IMG/VR virus record: IMGVR_UViG_3300037657_000053
Span: 1 to 64,000 of that record
Length of the DNA stretch: 64,000 nt
From: a virus
Direction: 5' to 3' (one strand)
Position numbers and translations under genes: made by a program. This document shows, one piece after another, positions 58,112-64,000 of this stretch. A model generated the notes under the pieces. The model did not search any database. It saw nothing but the letters and a program-made list of their open reading frames with translations, and was not told where the DNA came from. How positions within the stretch are numbered: position 1 is the first letter of the stretch; every line of letters starts with the position of its first letter.

Positions 58112-59461
58112 ATGGGTCTCGGATTGGCGAGCTTTCTCAACCACAACGAAGGGTCTGCTCGAAAATTTCTCAAGGACTGGAAGAAGAAGGGATCGATCGT
58201 GGTGTGGCTCTATACCCGAGCAGATATCGCTTGGGCTTCGTGGAATCATTCCTTTGTAGCATATGGAACCTATAAGAACGACAAGGACGAAGAGGTCGAG
58301 TGTCTCAAGTATCCCCGCTTTGTCTCGCCCGATCCCGAGGTGGTCCATCAGAATCAATACTTCCGCAACGAGGGTGACGATTCGATGCAAATACCACCGT
58401 CGCTCGATCCATTCCTTCGCCTTCGGGAATGGCTCCGACTCGATTGCGATTTGCCTCTCGATACCGTCATCTTCCGTTGGGAGAACCCCCACCCGAAGCC
58501 CGGGAAGAGCCCGATCATCGAATGGCAACGTGGGCACCTTGCCCGGTTGGTCGATCGTGGGCGGTACAACTTCGGTGCGTCGCTCGACACGAAACTTGAG
58601 TATTTCTTCGTCGTTGTCGACAACGAGAAACCACAAGATGGGGCCCAGATCGTTCGGGGAACCAAGCTTCTCGGAGACGTGATGAAGAAGGAGATCGGAC
58701 ATCAGATCGAGAGCGATGGTGAGAAGGGCAATCCGCTGATCCATCCGTATGCGTTCAAGTGGGTCTATGACGATTCGGCCGGTTCTCCGATGGATTCATA
58801 CCGCGCGTTTCGCTATAACGCGGCGGAACTCACACCGCAGATCCGCGAAGCGATCACGAGCTCCGAGTATCCCGATCCGTCGCAAGATTGCAAACCTCGG
58901 GCGGGCGACAAGGCGAAGATCCGGGCTGCCATGGAAGCTGCCGCACAAGTCGATCTCCCATGGGATCGACTCTTCGTTCCCGAGTGGGAAGACGAAGAAC
59001 CCGGCGATTTCAACTATGGTGCGAATGCGGGCTCTCAGGTGGTCTCTCAGGGCTCGGGAACCTCGGGGGGTGCCACGGGGCGGCCGGCTTCTCAGACGGG
59101 CTCTCAGGGGCCGTCTCGCGAACGGGAGAGCCATGCGGTGAGCGGCGCGCAATCTGCCCGTCGGAAGAAGGTCAACAAGCCCGAGCCCCCGCCTCCGAAT
59201 GTCGAGATGATCAAGTGCGATGACTGCGACACGATGCTTCGACCGGATCAAGCGAAGTGTCCGAATTGTGGAGCGGAATACGAGGTCGATTCTGAACCCA
59301 CCGTTTCCTCCAATTCGGTGCAACAGGAAACCCGGGTTTCCAACGGAACGACCGGAACGACCGGAACGACCGACGTCACATGCTGGTCTTGTGGTGGTCC
59401 CGTCGTGAAGGGAAGTTGCACGAATTGCGGGCTCGAAGCAGGAGACGAAATTCCGTTCTAG
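58112..59461 (+). CDS. Putative ssDNA-binding/recombination protein with C-terminal zinc ribbons
   Basis: SSB-like acidic end DEIPF; four CxxC motifs. Confidence 0.6.
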   Translation: MGLGLASFLNHNEGSARKFLKDWKKKGSIVVWLYTRADIAWASWNHSFVAYGTYKNDKDEEVECLKYPRFVSPDPEVVHQNQYFRNEGDDSMQIPPSLDPFLRLREWLRLDCDLPLDTVIFRWENPHPKPGKSPIIEWQRGHLARLVDRGRYNFGASLDTKLEYFFVVVDNEKPQDGAQIVRGTKLLGDVMKKEIGHQIESDGEKGNPLIHPYAFKWVYDDSAGSPMDSYRAFRYNAAELTPQIREAITSSEYPDPSQDCKPRAGDKAKIRAAMEAAAQVDLPWDRLFVPEWEDEEPGDFNYGANAGSQVVSQGSGTSGGATGRPASQTGSQGPSRERESHAVSGAQSARRKKVNKPEPPPPNVEMIKCDDCDTMLRPDQAKCPNCGAEYEVDSEPTVSSNSVQQETRVSNGTTGTTGTTDVTCWSCGGPVVKGSCTNCGLEAGDEIPF

Positions 59462-59564
59462 ATGCCGTTACGTCTTACTCTCCTACTTTTCTTTCTTTGA
59501 TTCTTCCTTGATTCTTCCTCACAAAACACGTTCCTCTCGTCCGATAATCAATCGAGAGGTGACA

Positions 59565-60809
59565 ATGGCAACGCGACGGAAGAAAGTCGTGAAATCCGAA
59601 GAAGAGAATGGTAATCACTTCGTCGAGTCGGCGTCGTGCGATGAAGAAGGGGATGAGGCTTTCTTCGATTCCTTGACCCCGTGTAGCGAAGAGGTTCTAG
59701 ATCGAATTCCGGCCGGTTGGTCAGGAGACTACATTGAAGCGGCCGGCAAACTTGAAGGTTGGGGTCAAGCTGGAGATGTTCTCGACGAGATCATTTCTGT
59801 TCGGACGGTTTTTCCCGATTTCAATCGAGCGACTCATGTAGGCGGGATTCCCGTTCGTCGAATTCATACGGTTCACGGTCCGACTCACGGCGGGAAGACT
59901 GCGTTTGTTCTAGGGCTCGTGAAGAGTTTCGTCGACGTGGGATATCTCGGCGGCTTCGTTGATGCGGAATTCTCGCTAGGGAAGGAATTCGGCGAAGAGA
60001 TCGTTTGCGACTTGCGGAAGAAGCCGAACTTTCTTGCTGTTCGTCCGGAGAACTATGAGGAGACGATCGAGAAGGTCGATACTTTCTTGGTTCGTGCTGG
60101 GAAGGTTCGAGACAAGTTTCCCGATGCGAAATCAATTCTTGTTGTCGATTCGATCAACAAGCTAGTTCCGAAGCGAGAGCTCGACAAGTTCCTGAAGGAA
60201 GGACAGATCAACGAGAAAGGAGCGGTCGAGCTCACGAAGGGGCATCATGGGAGATATCGTGCGGCTCTCAATCAAGCGTGGCTGGATCATCTCACCCCGC
60301 TCGTTGCCCGAGCGGATTGTGCGCTCATTCTGATCGCGCAAGAACGCGACGATCAAGACACTACCGACTTCTTCAAACAAGAATTCAAGGTGAAGGGCGG
60401 CGCGGCTCTTCTCTTCGACGCTTCGCTCGTGATTCGTGTGATGAAGAGTTCGCCCGTCTTCATCAAACCGAGTGACGAGAAGAAGAACGAGAACATTTGC
60501 GGATTCGGACATCGGGTGAGGATCTGGAAAAGCAAAGTCTCTCATATGGAGGGTCGTTATACCGATTGCATCTTTCATCTATCGAACGGGCGACTCACAC
60601 CGAAGGGGCTCGACATGGCGCGCGACGCGATGATCGTCGCGATCAAGGTCGGTGTGCTCTCGCAGTCGGGGGCGTGGTATTCGTATCGTGGTCGCCGAAC
60701 TCAAGGATTCAACAATATGCTTAGTCGTCTCGTCGAACGACCGGCTCTTCTGCAAGATTTGCTTGTCGATGTCAATTTCAAGATGGATCGAGAAGCGGGG
60801 AGAATCTAG
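59565..60809 (+). CDS. recA: RecA/UvsX-like recombinase
   Basis: GGIP, GPTHGGKT, DAE, VVDSI, GG.AL.F.AS, GAWYSY. Confidence 0.9.
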   Translation: MATRRKKVVKSEEENGNHFVESASCDEEGDEAFFDSLTPCSEEVLDRIPAGWSGDYIEAAGKLEGWGQAGDVLDEIISVRTVFPDFNRATHVGGIPVRRIHTVHGPTHGGKTAFVLGLVKSFVDVGYLGGFVDAEFSLGKEFGEEIVCDLRKKPNFLAVRPENYEETIEKVDTFLVRAGKVRDKFPDAKSILVVDSINKLVPKRELDKFLKEGQINEKGAVELTKGHHGRYRAALNQAWLDHLTPLVARADCALILIAQERDDQDTTDFFKQEFKVKGGAALLFDASLVIRVMKSSPVFIKPSDEKKNENICGFGHRVRIWKSKVSHMEGRYTDCIFHLSNGRLTPKGLDMARDAMIVAIKVGVLSQSGAWYSYRGRRTQGFNNMLSRLVERPALLQDLLVDVNFKMDREAGRI

Positions 60810-60811
60810 AT

Positions 60812-61081
60812 ATGTTCAACTATATCAAGCCGCGACCGTGGGGGGCTCTTGACTTCCTCGGTTCCATTCTTCTCGGGTTCTTGCTCTTTGTGCTCTTCAT
60901 TGCGGGGGGCTTGCGTCTTCTCAACGTGATCAGCGAGCTCGAAGAGGGCGCGTCCGAGTTCGCCTATCAAGCGGCCGTTCTGATCGTATGGTGTCTCGTC
61001 TTCAGAGGAATCTCGAATTCCTTCGTCCGTGGATTCAGACGACGTTGGCGAGAGACTCATGAGGAAGGGTGGTTCAGATGA
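60812..61081 (+). CDS. Small two-TM membrane protein
   Basis: Two hydrophobic helices. Confidence 0.6.
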   Translation: MFNYIKPRPWGALDFLGSILLGFLLFVLFIAGGLRLLNVISELEEGASEFAYQAAVLIVWCLVFRGISNSFVRGFRRRWRETHEEGWFR

Positions 61082-61830
61082 CAAGGATACTTCTAACGGC
61101 CGATTGGCACATCGACGCGGTAACGGGCGGTCTTCCTCGAGTTGATGAGATCGATCCCTTCGTAGAAGAGCTCAAGGAAGCGGTCATTCGGGAGAAAGTT
61201 TCTCATTTGATTCACATGGGAGATTTTTTTGACCCGGGCGGTATGCTCTGCTCGTTCTATACCGAGAAGGTGATCATGATTGTGAGCGACCTTCTCGCCG
61301 TCGATCGGCTCGACACGATCACCCTTCTCGCCGGCAACCACGACGTGATCGAGAGCTCTCGAGGAACCACAACGATCAGCCCGGTTGCCGCCGCATTCTC
61401 GGGCGAGCCGAGGGTCCAAGTCTTCGAGCAACCTTCGAGGTTCGTTCTCACGACTCAACCCGATCAGATCATTCGGGGGCTCGCCCTTCCCTACGTTGCC
61501 CGTGCGGCCTATCGAGAGGAAGCCTTTCCCGAAGCCGTGAAGGGGCTCTCAGAGCTTGGAGACTACCCCCTGATAGTCGTCGGTCACATGACCGTTCCGG
61601 GGGCTGTGCTCGGGTCTGAGAGCTCGGATATGCCACGGGGACGAGAGATCGATCTTCCGGTCTTCGAGCTCTCGAAGCTTCGTCCGGTTTTCATCGCGAA
61701 CGGTCACTATCATCGAGCACAAGTCACCGAATCGAACGTCGTGATTCCGGGCTCGCCTTTCCGCTTCACCTTCGGCGAAAGGAACGACAAGAAAAAGGGA
61801 TTCACGATTGTCGAGATCGTTCACAAGTAA
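61078..61830 (+). CDS. SbcD/Mre11-like metallophosphoesterase nuclease
   Basis: ADWH, GDFFD, GNHD, GHYH, PGSP. Confidence 0.88.
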   Translation: MTRILLTADWHIDAVTGGLPRVDEIDPFVEELKEAVIREKVSHLIHMGDFFDPGGMLCSFYTEKVIMIVSDLLAVDRLDTITLLAGNHDVIESSRGTTTISPVAAAFSGEPRVQVFEQPSRFVLTTQPDQIIRGLALPYVARAAYREEAFPEAVKGLSELGDYPLIVVGHMTVPGAVLGSESSDMPRGREIDLPVFELSKLRPVFIANGHYHRAQVTESNVVIPGSPFRFTFGERNDKKKGFTIVEIVHK

Positions 61831-61861
61831 ACCCGGGTTTCCAAGCTCGAAAGGGGAACAT

Positions 61862-62512
61862 ATGAACATCGTTCAACCGTCCTATGAGATCGTTGAGTGC
61901 CCCGAAGATCCGCTCAAGCGGATCGAGAAAGCCGCTCGAACGTGCTACAAAACTGAGGATCGGATCGATGAGGGTTCGGCCGAGCGACTCGTTCGTCACC
62001 TCGTTTCGAGACGTCACTTCGCTATGCTCGAATTCGGCGGGGTTCTTTGGGTTCGGTTTATCTCGAACCGTGGCTTCTCTCATGAGCAAGTGAGACACCG
62101 GCTCGCGAGCTATGCTCAAGAGTCAACTCGATATTGCAATTATGGGCAAGATAAGTTCGGAAGTGAGGTGAGCTTCATCGATCCTCAAACCATCGTTCCG
62201 AAGCGATGGACCGGTGAACAGATCGAGACGTGGCTTCTCGGGTGCGATGAGTGTTTCCGCTTTGCCGAAGAGTGGTATCTCAAGATGATCGATATGGGGA
62301 TTCCGGCGCAGTATGCTCGAGAGATTCTTCCAATCGGCTTGAAGACCGAGATCAACGTTCAAGCGAACTTTGTCGAGTGGCGACATATCTTCGAGCAACG
62401 AACCTCATTAGCCGCTCATCCCCGAATGAGAGAGCTCATGATCCCTCTTCTTCGCGACGTTGCCGATCGTGTTCCAATCATCTTCGATGATCTTCTCGGG
62501 GGGCTCTCATGA
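61862..62512 (+). CDS. thyX: Flavin-dependent thymidylate synthase
   Basis: H..MLE, RHR..SY.QES.RY, AR.ILP, AHP. Confidence 0.93.
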   Translation: MNIVQPSYEIVECPEDPLKRIEKAARTCYKTEDRIDEGSAERLVRHLVSRRHFAMLEFGGVLWVRFISNRGFSHEQVRHRLASYAQESTRYCNYGQDKFGSEVSFIDPQTIVPKRWTGEQIETWLLGCDECFRFAEEWYLKMIDMGIPAQYAREILPIGLKTEINVQANFVEWRHIFEQRTSLAAHPRMRELMIPLLRDVADRVPIIFDDLLGGLS

Positions 62513-62982
62513 AGTCGCGGAAGAAGGGGAAGACGGAGCCGAAGACGGAGCCGAAGGAACAACTAGTTCCCTATGCCGAGAGGGGCGGTATGGTCGGGAT
62601 CTCGAATCCGGGGGCTTTGCCGGTTCGAGTGAGCTTTCATGAGGTGAAGACTTCCGAGCTCGTTGAGATCGCCGATCTCAACGCCGCCTATCCCGAGGTG
62701 AAGGATCGATTCGTCAAGGTCTGCCCGAGACTTCGGGCGAGCAAGCGACAGACTTTCGACGGGGCGACGGTCGCGGCCGAGCTTCGTGAGCTCGGGGCCC
62801 GTTCGGTCGTTCTCGCGCCGATCATCGCCCCTGACGCGGTGAAGGTGAAGTCGAAGGTCTCGCTCTCTCAGACCCCTCGAGAAGCCGTGAAGACATGGTG
62901 TGACGAGCAACGAATCACGGCGGAAGAGCGGGCCGCTATGGCCGATCTGATCTTCGGCTTCATGACGGAAGAGGGTTTGTGA
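62509..62982 (+). CDS. Hypothetical protein, possibly the detached C-terminal part of the SbcD-like nuclease
   Basis: ATGA coupling; position between the SbcD-like and SbcC-like genes. Confidence 0.55.
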   Translation: MKSRKKGKTEPKTEPKEQLVPYAERGGMVGISNPGALPVRVSFHEVKTSELVEIADLNAAYPEVKDRFVKVCPRLRASKRQTFDGATVAAELRELGARSVVLAPIIAPDAVKVKSKVSLSQTPREAVKTWCDEQRITAEERAAMADLIFGFMTEEGL

Positions 62983-63917
62983 TGATCAAATTGTGTAGTT
63001 ATTTAGAGTTATCATTATATGAGAAATTAGAGATAACCCGTAGGGTTTTGCGGGAATATACAAAGGGAAAAAATAATATTGTTATTTCTTTTAGTGGGGG
63101 GTTAGATTCAACCGTTTTGTTACATTTGGTTAGATCGCTTGTCGGTAATATTCCAGCGATGTTTTTGAATTCTGGAAATGAATATCCTGAAATAAGAAAG
63201 TTTGCATTAGGTGTTGATAATGTTCAAATGGTGAAGCCAAAAGTTAGCTTTTTGCAAGTCATATCTGAGTATGGTTATCCAGTCATTTCAAAAGAAGTTT
63301 CTCAACGATTGTTTGAGTTTAGAACGTCTCGAAGTCAGTATATGAAAGATAGACTTCTGGCAGTAGAAGGTTATGATTTCAAATATCGAAATTCTATACC
63401 GAAGAAGTATCGTCATTTGTTATATTCTCATTTGAAGATAAGTCATAAATGTTGCACATTTATAAAAAAACGGCCGATGAATTTAGCTATGAAAGGGGTC
63501 GATTGTAATATTCAAGGATGCACGGCTTTAGAGTCTATGTTGAGGCAACAACGGTTTTCTAAGTATGGGTTTGAAAAAAACAAAAGGGAGATGTCCGTTC
63601 TTTGGCCGATTGCCCATTGGACAAAAGAAGATTGTTTTCAATATTTGAGAGAGAGAGAGATACCGTATTGTGAATTGTATGATTTGGGATATCAAAGAAC
63701 GGGTTGTATGTTTTGTTTGTATGGTGTGCATAGAGAAGAGTATCCTAACAAGATTCAACTTATGAGTGCGACGCATCCTCAATTTCATCGTTATATGATA
63801 CGCAAGTTGAATTTGTTAGAGTGGTCAGAATTATTAGGGTTTGATTGTTTTATTGAATGTAGCCGGGATCAGAAAACAGAATGTTTGAGAGAATTATTTG
63901 AGGAGAACGATCGATGA
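62979..63917 (+). CDS. PAPS-reductase family protein, AT-rich insertion
   Basis: SFSGGLDS PP-loop, CC...KK.P, PI..W, RTGCMFC. Confidence 0.88.
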   Translation: MMIKLCSYLELSLYEKLEITRRVLREYTKGKNNIVISFSGGLDSTVLLHLVRSLVGNIPAMFLNSGNEYPEIRKFALGVDNVQMVKPKVSFLQVISEYGYPVISKEVSQRLFEFRTSRSQYMKDRLLAVEGYDFKYRNSIPKKYRHLLYSHLKISHKCCTFIKKRPMNLAMKGVDCNIQGCTALESMLRQQRFSKYGFEKNKREMSVLWPIAHWTKEDCFQYLREREIPYCELYDLGYQRTGCMFCLYGVHREEYPNKIQLMSATHPQFHRYMIRKLNLLEWSELLGFDCFIECSRDQKTECLRELFEENDR

Positions 63918-64000
63918 TCATCGAACGCATTGAGATCAAGAATTGGCTCGCCTTCCGAGGTGAGCATATCCTCGATCCCGTTCCGACCGGCGCGATCTCC
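63914..64000 (+). CDS. N-terminus of an SbcC/Rad50-like ATPase, cut by the window end
   Basis: MIIERIEIKNWLAFRGEH, typical SMC-family start; GAGGAG RBS. Confidence 0.65.
   Translation, partial: MIIERIEIKNWLAFRGEHILDPVPTGAIS

Larger units (their letters stand above)
43431..59549. promoter_or_regulatory. G(T/A)CCGATAATC upstream motif, 7 copies (43431 on minus strand; 44911, 46429, 53305, 54745, 57480, 59539 on plus)
   Basis: Each lies 4-45 nt upstream of a gene start and on that gene's strand. Confidence 0.8.
43..61842. repeat. Dispersed 16-bp palindrome G(G/T)AAACCCGGGTTT(C/A)C, 16 copies (core starts 43, 3588, 7162, 8746, 14535, 19131, 24496, 28134, 33366, 36549, 43465, 44870, 46904, 53246, 59326, 61827)
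   Basis: Each copy read directly; the 3588 copy has one extra mismatch (CCCGAG). Confidence 0.95.

Noticed and set aside
43-61842. Palindrome copies as CRISPR repeats or IS/MITE ends
   Set aside because: Copies are kilobases apart; there are no spacers, cas genes, transposase or evident target-site duplications
62979-63917. Complete Dnd phosphorothioation system
   Set aside because: Only one family member is present; the adjacent ATPase start fits SbcC paired with the SbcD-like nuclease
1-64000. tRNA genes, integrase or att site
   Set aside because: None recognised by eye; tRNAscan and HMM searches would be needed to exclude them

Overview
This window is 64 kb of a GC-rich tailed dsDNA phage genome with a contractile tail. 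Almost every gene is on the + strand. Gene order: small early genes behind duplicated sigma70-type promoters (1-3.9 kb); head genes (portal, gp7/MuF-like, XkdF-like protease, scaffold, major capsid, 4-12 kb); head, neck and fibre accessory genes; sheath, tube, chaperone, tape measure, baseplate and fibres (20-41 kb); holin and spanin-like genes; a short minus-strand MazG-like unit; a structured non-coding region (44.55-44.92 kb); then a large replication/recombination module (SF2 helicase, DnaB, primase, HNH, UvrD, sigma-like factor, PolB, RecA, SbcD, ThyX, PAPS-reductase-like, start of SbcC). I recognised no terminase, endolysin, integrase, tRNA or CRISPR array. The strongest unexplained signals are: (1) a 16-bp palindrome G(G/T)AAACCCGGGTTT(C/A)C found 16 times, about every 4 kb across the window; (2) an 11-bp G(T/A)CCGATAATC motif upstream of 7 replication-type genes, alongside a phage sigma-like gene; (3) an in-frame TGA separating a CBM-like domain from an SGNH esterase whose catalytic motif has no standard start codon of its own; (4) a prohead protease apparently split over two genes; (5) a PolB with a clamp-binding motif and a DnaE-like tail. 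All annotation is by eye from motifs and synteny. No database search was run.
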